This document shows, in pieces, positions 33,237 to 42,947 of a DNA stretch of 64,000 bases; position 1 is the first letter of the stretch; the number at the start of each line of letters is the position of its first letter. Location of the stretch: NCBI GenBank assembly GCA_963764625.1, contig CAVXTH010000001.1, positions 32,001 through 96,000 of the forward strand, written 5' to 3'. The stretch is from Candidatus Krumholzibacteriota bacterium. GTDB taxonomy: Bacteria; Krumholzibacteriota; Krumholzibacteriia; JAJRXK01. A model generated the notes under the pieces. The model worked only from the letters and a program-made list of their open reading frames with translations. It did no database searches and was not told the DNA's origin. The translations under genes and the position numbers were made by a program.

Positions 33237-35390
33237 CTAACGTGCCCCGACCAGGATTTTCGTCACCGGCTCGACTTCCCCCTCTTGTTCGATGATCTCC
33301 AGGAAAGCCTGCAAGACTTCGGAGTCGTAGCGCAGTCCCCAGTTCTCACGAATGACCTCCAGCGCTTCACCTCGACTGAGCGCCGCGCGGTAGGGAAGAT
33401 CGCGTGTCATCGCGACGAAGGATTCGACCACCGAGACGATCCGCGCGCTCAAGGGAATCGCGGCCCCTCTCAGTCCATGGGGATAGCCTTCGCCATTGAA
33501 TCTCTCGTGGTGGTAGAGCACGACGTCCTTGATGGTCTGTGAGAACTCCATGGCCGAGAGAATGTTCACTCCGGTGAGCGGGTGCTGCTTGATCAGCTGC
33601 CACTCCTCGGGCGAGAGACTACGGGGTGACTTCAGTACGAGATCGCTGATCTCGATCATCCCGATGTCGCGCAAGACCGTTCCGTAGACCAGGTCCCGGA
33701 TTTGATCGCTGGGATAGTTGATCTTGTTCGCGACCTGCCCCGCGTAATGGGAGATCAATTCGGTGCTCGCACGCGCGCCCGGTCCACTGCGCTTCTCGAT
33801 GAGGTTCACGAAGGTCTGCGCCACGCCCAGGGTGCGGTCGTGCAGATCCCTGATGAGACGCGCGTTTTCCAGGGCGACGCCGGCCTGGTTCAACAGGATC
33901 TCGAGGAACTCGTTGTCGATCGCCTCGGCGCGGCCGCCGGAAAGACGCGGTCCCAGTGCGAGGATTCCGAACATCCGCGCTTTGCCGGTCAAGGGCGCGA
34001 TAAGCTCGAAGCCGTATTCGCGCAGGCACCCGAAGACCTTCTCCATGCCGGCGGACGCTCCGGGCAAGGACAGTGCGACCGGATGATTTAGTTCGCGCAT
34101 CAGCTGCGGGTTTTCCACCACGATCTCGGCGAGCTCAATCTCGTCGGGTCCCCGCTGTTTGCGCGGAATCAGCCTGTCGTCTTCCAGCTCGAACCAGGCC
34201 ACCGAGCCCACGCCCACCTGCGCGATGGTGGTGAGCAGGACCAGGTTCACCAGATGGTCTTCGTCCCGCGTGCTGTTGAATTCCTTGCCGATGGTAAACA
34301 GAGCTTTTTGCTGGTGGATCTTGCGGCTGAGATCGCGATCCTGGCCCTTCGGACCGGAACCCTTGGCCGCGTCCTGGCCTCTGAGTTCTTCTCCCCCCAC
34401 CGCCAGCGCGTGGGCGATCTTGCGGCCGAGCAGGTCGAGCGCCAGAACCTCGCTGGGCCCGTATTCGTTCCCCGCGTGTTCCTTGCGCAGGAAGAGCGCG
34501 CCTTCGAGTTTGTTCTCGACGATGATCGGCACCGCCATCTGACAGTTGAGTTCGGTCAGCAGTTGCATTTCGTCTGCGGTCGCTTCGTCGGCTCCGAGAT
34601 CGTCCATCGGCACCGGAGTGTTCGCCCTCAGCAGACGCGTCGCGATGGCCCCGTTCAGCAGCAACGAGTGCTCCTTGCAGCCAACCTCTTCCAACTGCTT
34701 TCCCCTGCGCGTCATGAGATGGCAGGAATCCGCGAGGTCGACGCCGTAGAGCAGCGCCGCCACCGCGCCCTTCATCCCGGCCAGGTCCTGCGCGGCTCCG
34801 AACGCCTGTTCGGCTTCGGCCAGACTCAGGTACCGCGCGGCGGGGACCGGGGTGTCCACCTCGACGATGCGTAGCTTGCTGCTGGGATCGGGCGGGGCCT
34901 CGGGAGGCGGAGCCGCTTCGCCGCCACCACCAGCGCCAACGTCGAGCTCGGCCCATTCCTGGATCAGGGAATCCCCCATGTCCTTTTGGCTGGCTTCGGC
35001 CTCTTCCAGCTTCGTTTGGGCCTCAAGCGCGCTGAGATCCTGTGCGAAGAAGTCCGACGCTCCATCCAACGAATCGAAGAATTTGGGGATGCCTTTCTCG
35101 CAGCGCGCGCTCAGGAAATTGCGCACCGTATCCGAACAGGCGATGAAGGCGGGAGGAAACCCGCCCTGATTGCGCTGGCCGATGAACTCTCCCAAGAGCT
35201 TGGCGACCCCACCGCCCAGGCTTTCCAACTCGGAGAACTCGAAGGCGACTTTGGCCTTCTTCTTCTCGTCACACTTCTGCAAGAGCTCCTGAACGCTGGC
35301 GCGTTCTTTCACGCCCAGATGTCCAGCGACCTTGATCACGAAGAGTTCGGGATCATTGAGCTTGATGTTGGAAAACTTTGCTCTCGGCAT
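33237..35390 (-). CDS. STAS-like/GAF/GAF/degenerate HD-GYP protein
   Basis: STAS-like N-terminus, two GAF-like regions, LRDIGM in place of LHDIGK, HHERFNGEGYP; start at MPRAKF. Confidence 0.8.
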   Translation of the reverse strand: MPRAKFSNIKLNDPELFVIKVAGHLGVKERASVQELLQKCDEKKKAKVAFEFSELESLGGGVAKLLGEFIGQRNQGGFPPAFIACSDTVRNFLSARCEKGIPKFFDSLDGASDFFAQDLSALEAQTKLEEAEASQKDMGDSLIQEWAELDVGAGGGGEAAPPPEAPPDPSSKLRIVEVDTPVPAARYLSLAEAEQAFGAAQDLAGMKGAVAALLYGVDLADSCHLMTRRGKQLEEVGCKEHSLLLNGAIATRLLRANTPVPMDDLGADEATADEMQLLTELNCQMAVPIIVENKLEGALFLRKEHAGNEYGPSEVLALDLLGRKIAHALAVGGEELRGQDAAKGSGPKGQDRDLSRKIHQQKALFTIGKEFNSTRDEDHLVNLVLLTTIAQVGVGSVAWFELEDDRLIPRKQRGPDEIELAEIVVENPQLMRELNHPVALSLPGASAGMEKVFGCLREYGFELIAPLTGKARMFGILALGPRLSGGRAEAIDNEFLEILLNQAGVALENARLIRDLHDRTLGVAQTFVNLIEKRSGPGARASTELISHYAGQVANKINYPSDQIRDLVYGTVLRDIGMIEISDLVLKSPRSLSPEEWQLIKQHPLTGVNILSAMEFSQTIKDVVLYHHERFNGEGYPHGLRGAAIPLSARIVSVVESFVAMTRDLPYRAALSRGEALEVIRENWGLRYDSEVLQAFLEIIEQEGEVEPVTKILVGAR

Positions 35391-35482
35391 GGAGTTCCTG
35401 ACAAAAATTGCGGCGGTCCGCCCTGAGGCCGGCCGCCGCGACGAAACCCTTTTTCGAGATGGGTCAGCGACGCACTCGAGGC

Positions 35483-35707
35483 TCAGACGAGTTCCTTCGT
35501 CAGCCAACGATCGAGGACGCTCTTCAAGAAGCGCCACTCGCTCCCCACCTTCTTCGCGGGGATTTTACCCTCCTTCGCAAGCCGACAGACTGTCTTGACA
35601 TGCATTTTCAGATAGTCCGCGGCCTCCGTGGAGGTCATGACGGGAGAGCTGGTGTCCTCCCCACCGATGTAGATATTGGCGTATTCACCAAAATTCTTCT
35701 CGCTCAT
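35483..35707 (-). CDS. small Xis/BldC-like (HTH_17) DNA-binding protein
   Basis: VMTSTEAADYLKMHVKTVCRLAKEGKIPAKKVGSEWRF. Confidence 0.88.
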   Translation of the reverse strand: MSEKNFGEYANIYIGGEDTSSPVMTSTEAADYLKMHVKTVCRLAKEGKIPAKKVGSEWRFLKSVLDRWLTKELV

Positions 35708-35939
35708 TCCGTTCCCCTTGTTACCTCAATAGGTGTGGTCCCCAGGATGTATGGACTCGCTATCCGGACAGCAACCCGTATGCCAATGGATGGGCAAGAA
35801 TCAGGATCGTCCAATCGGACCTCTCACAGCGATCTGGGGTGCATGGAGGAAGCACGAGCCCCCTTTGGGCCGTTGCTGGAAACCACCCACCGCGGGAATG
35901 GATTGCAAGGTGCCAAAAGCACCGCGGAAAGTTCTCATC

Positions 35940-38153
35940 CTAAGAAGCCGGCGCGGCGAAGTCCCCGCCCTGAGGGCCCGGACTCTTCACGCCGAGAGCT
36001 TGCAGGAGCGAATGGAGCGCGGCCCAGTGATAGGGCTCGAGCCAGCAGGCATCGGCTCCGGTGCGCTCGACGAGCTCCTCGGCATGCTGACGCTCCACCG
36101 AAGTGCTCAGAATCACCGGAGTGGAGGCAAAGGCGCGGCGGAGATCGGCGAAGCCGGCCGAATCCTCCCGGCCCAGCCTGAGGTCGCTCACCACGAAGGC
36201 AATCCTCTGGTTTTCGAGAGCTGAGAGCCCGCTGGAGATCTCACACGTCGCGGTGACGTGGTAGCCCCGCAGCTCCAAGATGCGCGCCAGTTCGCGGCGT
36301 CGGAATTCGGAGTGGTTCACCAGGAGCACTTTGCGGGTGGGCGGCGCGGGTGCTTCGTGGCGCGACTTCACAGAAGCTGACTCCTGGAAGTCCGGATACA
36401 TGTCGAGCACCGGATCGTGGACGCTGCCTGGCTCGGCCACTTCTGGCATCGCCATGCGCAGACGAAGGAGGCGGCTGATGCTCAGAAGGGGAAGGTGTTG
36501 GCCCTCGAGTTCCACGACCTTGGTGGACACTTCGTCCCAGCCGTCGAGAGTTTCGGGGTTGGAATCGAGCGTCATGCTCTCCGAGAGTCCATAACAGTAG
36601 ATACCCAGGCGTTTCTCGACCGAACCCACGATGACGATGCCCGAAGCCTCTTCCGCCATGGGCTTCACATCGGATGCGTACTGGGCGAGATCGACCAGGG
36701 GCACGGGATGACCGTTGCGAACGAAGTGTTCCCCGTCGGTGTCGCGATGGAAGAGCAGACCATCGGTGCTCAGATATTCGTCGATCAATAGCCCCGGCAG
36801 CGCCGCCTGAAGCGTACCCAGATCCATCAGTTTGACCACGGGGTGCTGGGGGTCCTGGGGCAAGGAGAGCACGAATCGAGTCCCCGGTTGGTCGGCGGGT
36901 TCGACGAGGATGATGCCATGCAGTTCCTGGATGAGTCCGCGACTGCGCCGCAGTCCACGATAGAGACTCAGGGGGTCGACGTGGTTCAGGGCGGGGGTGG
37001 CCTCGAGCTGAGGCCCGTTGTCGCGCAGAGAAATCCGCAGGCGGTCGCCGGCCTCGCTCAGGTGCAACTCGAGCCGGCCCCGCGGCGGAGCGTCTTCCTC
37101 GCGCAACATCTGATCCAGAATGTCGCAGGAATCCTCCAGCAGGTGATCGATCACGCGATTCAACTTGCGCTCCACTTCCGGCCGCAGCGTGTAGTTCAAA
37201 GAACCGCTGACCCGGTAGTCGAGACGACCCTCCAGAGCGTCACGACGTTCTTCCAGGATGACGGCCAGACCCTGCACGAAGGGATCTTCCGATTCGTCCA
37301 GCGTGGACTCCAGCAACGGCTCGGTAGGGGCCGGGGGGATGGGCACATCCGGTTCTGAAGGAGGTGCCGTCTCTAGCGTGCCGGCTCTTTCTCCTGAAGA
37401 AGTCGTCTGGAGAAGCTCGCTCAGCGTTTCGTGAAGCCGGATGAGGTGCTTGCGTGCGTCTTGGCGCGAACCGAGAGACTCCGCCAGCCGGGCATCGAGT
37501 CCCATCAGCCGATCCGTCAGCTCGCGCGAGGTATCGAGAATCCGATCCTGAGGATCCTCCTCCACCGGCCCTTCGCCTTCCTCGGTCGAGAGCTCGGGGA
37601 TGAACACGGCGCCCGAGGGGGCCGCATCTTCCAAAGCCGCGGGCGCGGCCGACGGCGGTGCCTTTTCGTGGGGGATCTCGCCCAACTCCAGGATCCTCTC
37701 GTCAGATTCCACGATCTCGTCGAGATCGAGGATCTTCGGGGTCTGCGCACGCTCCTGGTTGTGACGGATCAAACCGCGCAGCTCGGCGATCTGCTCCTGG
37801 AACGCCGAGAGGTCGGCTTCCTCTTCGTGGGTCTCGAGATGGCGCATGAGTTCTTCCTCGAACTCGATGACCGCCTCGAGGATGAGCTCCTGGGTGGGAG
37901 AGGCCGGTTTCTCGCTGCGCTGAATCGCCTGCAGCCAACGCAGGAATTCTTCCAGAAAGAAGGGGAGAGATTCCAGGCCCAAGGCACGCGCGCCGCCGGC
38001 GAGCAGGCGCGTCGCCATGACCGCGCGCTTGATGGCGACGAGGTCGGATCGATTGGACTCGGCCCCGGTGAGCAGACGAAGCCGGCCGATCTGCTCGGAG
38101 ATCTGCTCCGAGAAGAGATGGATCTGTATCGGCTGCGATGAGTTCTCACTCAT
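35940..38153 (-). CDS. degenerate CheA-like hybrid (Hpt-like, HATPase-like, CheW-like, REC)
   Basis: RLLAGGARALGL Hpt-like, RDNG, GTRFVLSLP, PLVDL CheW-like, C-terminal REC VVSDL. Confidence 0.7.
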   Translation of the reverse strand: MSENSSQPIQIHLFSEQISEQIGRLRLLTGAESNRSDLVAIKRAVMATRLLAGGARALGLESLPFFLEEFLRWLQAIQRSEKPASPTQELILEAVIEFEEELMRHLETHEEEADLSAFQEQIAELRGLIRHNQERAQTPKILDLDEIVESDERILELGEIPHEKAPPSAAPAALEDAAPSGAVFIPELSTEEGEGPVEEDPQDRILDTSRELTDRLMGLDARLAESLGSRQDARKHLIRLHETLSELLQTTSSGERAGTLETAPPSEPDVPIPPAPTEPLLESTLDESEDPFVQGLAVILEERRDALEGRLDYRVSGSLNYTLRPEVERKLNRVIDHLLEDSCDILDQMLREEDAPPRGRLELHLSEAGDRLRISLRDNGPQLEATPALNHVDPLSLYRGLRRSRGLIQELHGIILVEPADQPGTRFVLSLPQDPQHPVVKLMDLGTLQAALPGLLIDEYLSTDGLLFHRDTDGEHFVRNGHPVPLVDLAQYASDVKPMAEEASGIVIVGSVEKRLGIYCYGLSESMTLDSNPETLDGWDEVSTKVVELEGQHLPLLSISRLLRLRMAMPEVAEPGSVHDPVLDMYPDFQESASVKSRHEAPAPPTRKVLLVNHSEFRRRELARILELRGYHVTATCEISSGLSALENQRIAFVVSDLRLGREDSAGFADLRRAFASTPVILSTSVERQHAEELVERTGADACWLEPYHWAALHSLLQALGVKSPGPQGGDFAAPAS

Positions 38154-38188
38154 GAGTGCCCCGTCCCCCCTCGTCGAGCGTCGTGCGC

Positions 38189-38998
38189 TTAGAGTTCGAC
38201 GGCCCCGAACTCAGTCAGATCATAGATGCGCTCTCCTCGAGCCGCCGCCGCGCCTCCGGCGGGCAACTCTACGGCTCCGAAGGAACTGAGATCATACACC
38301 GGCTCTTCGTCGCGTGCCTGCGGGGCGGATGTCGGTTGTAACGCCGCCTGCGGCATCGCTTGTGGGACCGGTTGCGGGGCGGGGCGAACCGCCGCCTGCG
38401 GGGCTGCCACCGGTCTCGCCCGACCCGTGGCTTGGGGGTGAAAAAGCTCTTCGTGAATCGCGGCCAGTTGATCCTCAGCCGAAGCGGGGTCGAGAAGCTC
38501 GGGATCGGAGCTCATGGCGGTCATGGCCGCCGACTGCGGGTCCAGGTCCCCTTCGAGCGTGGGCGCCATTTCGGGGGCGACGGGCTGCGCCAGGGCCTCC
38601 GCGCGCGCGGTCTCCACCAGCTTGCGGTCCTCGCGCCAGCGTTCCAGGATCGCGACCAGGGTGGGCTCGTCCTGGAAATCGGAGAGATCGACCTTGTTGG
38701 GATCGTCGATCTTGGCCGCTTTCTTCATGAGATTGCGGCGGTGTCTGCCCTCATTTGCAACGAGATTGGCCGGTTGTGCGGCACTCACCACGGCCAAATA
38801 CCCCAGAAGTCCCAGAAATGCGACGCTCCCACAGACGGCGTAAAAATTACGTAAAGCCTTGGGATCGCTGAAATCCAGGCGACCGCCGAAAAAGCTGAAG
38901 TACGCGTAAATGAGCCCGAAACCACAGGCAGCCACGAGGAGAAAGACGAAGAGCCCCAGCTTCCAGGGCGAGGTGACAACAATTCTCTGCGCCGACAC
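38189..38998 (-). CDS. two-TM membrane protein with a duplicated C-terminal YDLxxFGAVEL motif
   Basis: two TM helices, Pro/Ala/Gln linker, repeated motif; AGGAG RBS. Confidence 0.7.
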   Translation of the reverse strand: MSAQRIVVTSPWKLGLFVFLLVAACGFGLIYAYFSFFGGRLDFSDPKALRNFYAVCGSVAFLGLLGYLAVVSAAQPANLVANEGRHRRNLMKKAAKIDDPNKVDLSDFQDEPTLVAILERWREDRKLVETARAEALAQPVAPEMAPTLEGDLDPQSAAMTAMSSDPELLDPASAEDQLAAIHEELFHPQATGRARPVAAPQAAVRPAPQPVPQAMPQAALQPTSAPQARDEEPVYDLSSFGAVELPAGGAAAARGERIYDLTEFGAVEL

Positions 38999-39319
38999 GG
39001 CTGATCTCCTTCAAAGGGTAGTTCTCAGAACATGCGGATCGTCCGACGCCGCATCAAAGGCAAGATGGATGCCACCGGCAGCTCTTGGAGACGAGGGAAA
39101 GAAAGAGACAGGATGCCTGCAGAGGAGCCCCGCAGCGAACATTTTCGGTCGTATCCGTCCGCAGAGCCCCTTCCGGGCCTTCGCACGCCGCCCCGCTGGA
39201 GCTTGGCTGGGATCTCGCTTGGTCCGGATCGAGCCGCCGCGGGGCTCAGCTGGCACGCCTCCTGCCAGAATTCCGTCAAACGGCGCGAACTTTCCCGGCC
39301 GTAGTGAGGAACTACCCTC

Positions 39320-40114
39320 GTGGAGCGACGCTATTTCCTACTCGAATCGACGCAGTCCGCCAGGCCGCCCCTGGGGGGCGACACCGAGGACTACCTCCTA
39401 CGGTGCCTGCTGGGAGCCCGCCGCGAGGCGGATTTTCCCAGCAACGAGAGCGGATTCGACGAGGATGTAAACGTCTATCTGGTTGGTCTGCTCGGCCGCT
39501 TCTTCTCCTCCCTCTACCACGAGGAAGCGCGGCTCTACGTGCATTCGTTCGATCTCGACCTGCGACGGCGGGTGGAGGAGAGCTCCGATCCACGGCAGGT
39601 CTACCGGCTCTATAAGGTCAACGCCGACCACCTGCTGCTGGCCATCGGTCTCTTTCAGAGCGTCGAGGGCTTGAATCAGGAAGCGCGGCCCTATCTCGAC
39701 CGGCACCCGCGGGAACTGGAAAGCCGCGGCGGCCTCTACTACCAGATCGCCAGCTCGCGCCTTCGTCACCTGAAGCGCACGGGGAGCGGCACCGAGACCG
39801 CGCTGAGCAAATTGGGCGACGGGTTCTCTCGCTACGCCGAGGTGCTCCGCTACCTCCGCTCGAGCTACTTCCAACTCACGCGACGTCTGGGAGAGGGAAC
39901 GCTCTACCATCTCGGCCGGGCCACGGACCCGCAGAAGCCCGCGGCCGAGTCCACCGAGAACCTCTACGATGTGTTCCTGGATCGCTACAGCGAATGGCGC
40001 GAAACCCCGGACCCATCTCACCGGGAAGCTTTGGCGGCGGCGGCGGGGCGTCTGCGTGCGGCGGACCCGAGCTTCCACTTCCATGTGCCGGACGAAGAGG
40101 AATCGGTGAACTGA
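39320..40114 (+). CDS. conserved-looking helical hypothetical protein
   Basis: 264-aa ORF with coding-like composition, GAGG RBS, ADHLLLAIGLF segment. Confidence 0.65.
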   Translation: MERRYFLLESTQSARPPLGGDTEDYLLRCLLGARREADFPSNESGFDEDVNVYLVGLLGRFFSSLYHEEARLYVHSFDLDLRRRVEESSDPRQVYRLYKVNADHLLLAIGLFQSVEGLNQEARPYLDRHPRELESRGGLYYQIASSRLRHLKRTGSGTETALSKLGDGFSRYAEVLRYLRSSYFQLTRRLGEGTLYHLGRATDPQKPAAESTENLYDVFLDRYSEWRETPDPSHREALAAAAGRLRAADPSFHFHVPDEEESVN

Positions 40115-40124
40115 ACGCGCCGCT

Positions 40125-40973
40125 TCACCCGCGCAAGAAGTTCAGCACTTCCTCGTGCAGTTGTTCTTTGGGCGCCTGGTCCATGAACACGTGCCCGCCG
40201 CTCTCGAATTCGCGCAGTACGGTGCCCTTGCCGCTGGAGCGTTTGCGCAGGAACGCGAGACTGCGCTCGTCGACACGCGGATCGTCGCGGCAAATCGCGG
40301 CGTAGAGCGGTGTCTTTTGCCACCAGTCGCTCTTGCGCCCCTGCTCGATTCCCTCCAGGACTTCCACTTTCCACCCGAGGCGACCGCGCACCCAACGGTT
40401 GCGGTGCAGTCCCACGGCCAGAGCCAGCCGCGCGCGCCAACCCAGGTGAATGTGAATCGCGGGGGCCAAAAGCACCAGAGAGCGTGGGCGCGGCCGGACG
40501 TTCATCTGCATGGCGATCGCCGCTCCGAAGCTGAAGCCGACCACGTGGAGCTGGCGGCACCACACCGCGAGCATGCGGTAGCGTAGCTCGGCCTCCACCA
40601 GCCAGGCGCGCCAGGAGTGCGAGGAGAGTTCTTCGTCGCTCGCGGGATGCGCCGGCATGCGCGCTCCCAGAACGGAGAAGCCGTCCCGGTGCAGGACCTC
40701 GGCCAAACTGCGCAATTGTCGCGGACTGCCGGTGCTGCCGTGCAAGAGCAGAACGCCGGAACGGGAGCGCTCGTTCACTTTGAGGTAGGCTCGGTCCTCG
40801 TTCGCGATGCCGAGCGCCTCTTCGGTGATCGCGGTCTGCTGCGCGTAGGCCCGCAAGAGCGCGAGACGACTGCGCGGGTCACCCTGTCCCTCTTTGATGT
40901 GGCTTTCCAGTTCCCAGATGTTCTTGCCCAGGATCTGTTCGGTTTCGTCGCTCACGCCGATCATCCTCGTCAT
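40125..40973 (-). CDS. alpha/beta hydrolase (carboxylesterase-like)
   Basis: LLHGSTGS, GFSFG nucleophile elbow, DD and GHVF. Confidence 0.82.
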   Translation of the reverse strand: MTRMIGVSDETEQILGKNIWELESHIKEGQGDPRSRLALLRAYAQQTAITEEALGIANEDRAYLKVNERSRSGVLLLHGSTGSPRQLRSLAEVLHRDGFSVLGARMPAHPASDEELSSHSWRAWLVEAELRYRMLAVWCRQLHVVGFSFGAAIAMQMNVRPRPRSLVLLAPAIHIHLGWRARLALAVGLHRNRWVRGRLGWKVEVLEGIEQGRKSDWWQKTPLYAAICRDDPRVDERSLAFLRKRSSGKGTVLREFESGGHVFMDQAPKEQLHEEVLNFLRG

Positions 40974-41066
40974 CGCTTCTGTGAGATCGCCCGCAGGAAG
41001 GGCTTCAAAGACGGGCTAATGTAGCACAAGCGTGCGGGAAGTGCCCGATTTCCTCTCCTTCGGAAT

Positions 41067-42269
41067 CTAGCGCGGTCCGCCGGCTGCCAGACGGATGAGA
41101 TCCTGCGCCATCAGACTCTTTACCTCGGGGTCGCTTTCGCGTTGCAACGCGGCTTTCAGCTCGAAGGCGCCGGCCTGTCCCTCGAGCTGGGCGAGACACC
41201 AGCTGGCCGCCTCGCGCAGCACCGGCGAGGGATCGCGCAGGAGTTGGCGCGCCGGATCAATGCAATCGCTTCGCCTGAGGTTCGCGGCCACGATGAGCGC
41301 GTTGCGCAAGAGGCCCTCGCGGCGCGGGCGCCACAGGGGCGTGCTCTTGAAGCGGCGCCGGAATTCCTCCTCGTTCAAGAAGAGAAGCTCGGGGAGGGTA
41401 ATCCCGGTCACCGCCGCGCTCGGGTCGGTGAAGTCCTCCTCCGCTTGCTCTCTCTTTTGGCTCAGGGCGTGGTGCGCGATGGGACACGAGGTCTGGCAAA
41501 GATCGCAACCAAAGAGCCAGGCCCCCATCTTGTGCCGCAGCTCCCGCGGGATGGGGCCGCGGTGTTCGATCGTCAGGTACGAGATGCAGCGGCGGCTGTC
41601 CAGGACGCCCGGAGCCACGAAGGCGTCGGTGGGACAGGCCGGTTGGCAGGCGCGGCAGCTTCCGCACGAACCAAGCGAAGCGTCCTGGCTTACGAGCCCC
41701 GGCTTCAGTTCGAGGTCGGTGACCAGGACCCCTAAAAAGGCCCAGCTACCGTACTGCCCATTCAAGAGCAGTCCGTTCTTCCCGAGCCATCCCAGGCCCG
41801 CCGCCACCGCGAGTTGCCGTTCGAGCACCGGACCGGTGTCGACGTAGGCGTGCCGCTTCAAGGGCCGCGGGGCAAGAGCGGACTGGAGCCGGTTGCCCAA
41901 TTCCTGAAGGCGTTGCAGCAAAATGCGATGATAGTCCTGGCCACGCGCGTAGCTGGAAACGAAAGGGGCGAGGCCGTATTCGTCGTGCAGAGGAAGTGTG
42001 CGGGGAGGGTACGCCCGTGCCACCACGAGCACCGATTTCGCCCAGGGAAAGCGCCGCCGCAGATCGACGCGGACCTTGGACGAAGTCTCGAGCCACTTCA
42101 TCTGGGCGTGGTAGCCTGCCTCGAGCCACTTCCGCAAGCGCTCTTCCTCGCCGGCAAGGACGCACGGCGCCACCCCCAGCGCGGAGAAATCGCTGTCGCG
42201 GGCCAGCTGGTGCAGCAGGAGGCGCGTCGCCGCCTCATCGGGCGCAAAGCCGTCTCCCGTTGCGCTCAT
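41067..42269 (-). CDS. queG: epoxyqueuosine reductase
   Basis: YARGQDYH, VDTGPVLER, CGSCRACQPACPT, RCISYLTIE, GCDLCQTSCP, HEAT tail. Confidence 0.93.
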   Translation of the reverse strand: MSATGDGFAPDEAATRLLLHQLARDSDFSALGVAPCVLAGEEERLRKWLEAGYHAQMKWLETSSKVRVDLRRRFPWAKSVLVVARAYPPRTLPLHDEYGLAPFVSSYARGQDYHRILLQRLQELGNRLQSALAPRPLKRHAYVDTGPVLERQLAVAAGLGWLGKNGLLLNGQYGSWAFLGVLVTDLELKPGLVSQDASLGSCGSCRACQPACPTDAFVAPGVLDSRRCISYLTIEHRGPIPRELRHKMGAWLFGCDLCQTSCPIAHHALSQKREQAEEDFTDPSAAVTGITLPELLFLNEEEFRRRFKSTPLWRPRREGLLRNALIVAANLRRSDCIDPARQLLRDPSPVLREAASWCLAQLEGQAGAFELKAALQRESDPEVKSLMAQDLIRLAAGGPR

Positions 42270-42862
42270 CGCGCGCCGACTGGCCCCGCGATTCCGTGCT
42301 CGAGAATCCCCACCATGGTGCGGGCCAGTTCTTCGGGGGAACCGTCGCGCTTCGGCGAATACCAGGTATAAATCCAGTTGATCATTCCGAAGACCGAGAG
42401 CGTCGCGCGGCGGCGTTCCTCTTCGGACCACGATCCGTCGCTCAAGCGATCGATAACTTTCGAAACCGTCTGATAATACTCACGCTTCATGTCGTCGATA
42501 TGCTGCCGGTAGGCGCCGTCCAGAGAATTCGCCTCGTGACTCAGGACGCGCATCTCGGTGACGTTCTGGGTGAAGAACTCCAGGTGGTTGCGCACGATCT
42601 CCTCGAGTTGACGGCGCGGATCACTCACGCCTTGCAGACGCCCCTGCAGCCGATCCAGGACTTCGCGGAAGCAGAAACTCTGGATGGAGAAAAGGATTTC
42701 TTCCTTGCCCGAGAAATAGTGATACATCCCCGCGAGCGACATGCCGGTGACCTTGGCAATGTCGCGCATGGAAGCGTGATGATATCCCTTCTCACTGAAC
42801 ACCTTGGCGGCACCGCTCAATACCACGCGCGATTTTTCGTCGTGTTTCTTGGCTTGATCCAT
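42266..42862 (-). CDS. TetR/AcrR (KstR2-like) regulator
   Basis: FSEKGYHHASMRDIA...YHYFSGKEE; GMINWIYTWY. Confidence 0.9.
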   Translation of the reverse strand: MDQAKKHDEKSRVVLSGAAKVFSEKGYHHASMRDIAKVTGMSLAGMYHYFSGKEEILFSIQSFCFREVLDRLQGRLQGVSDPRRQLEEIVRNHLEFFTQNVTEMRVLSHEANSLDGAYRQHIDDMKREYYQTVSKVIDRLSDGSWSEEERRRATLSVFGMINWIYTWYSPKRDGSPEELARTMVGILEHGIAGPVGAR

Positions 42863-42947
42863 GGCAGTCCATCCTCATGAAGACGCAGATTCGATCCGAC
42901 TCTCTCCCCCCGGCTCGGTGGCCGGCGCGGGCGCGCCCGCGCACGGG

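Noticed and set aside
35391-35482. c-di-GMP riboswitch upstream of the HD-GYP genes
   Set aside because: Hairpins exist but the GGCAAAC/GAAA/GACGCAAAGC core of class I is absent.
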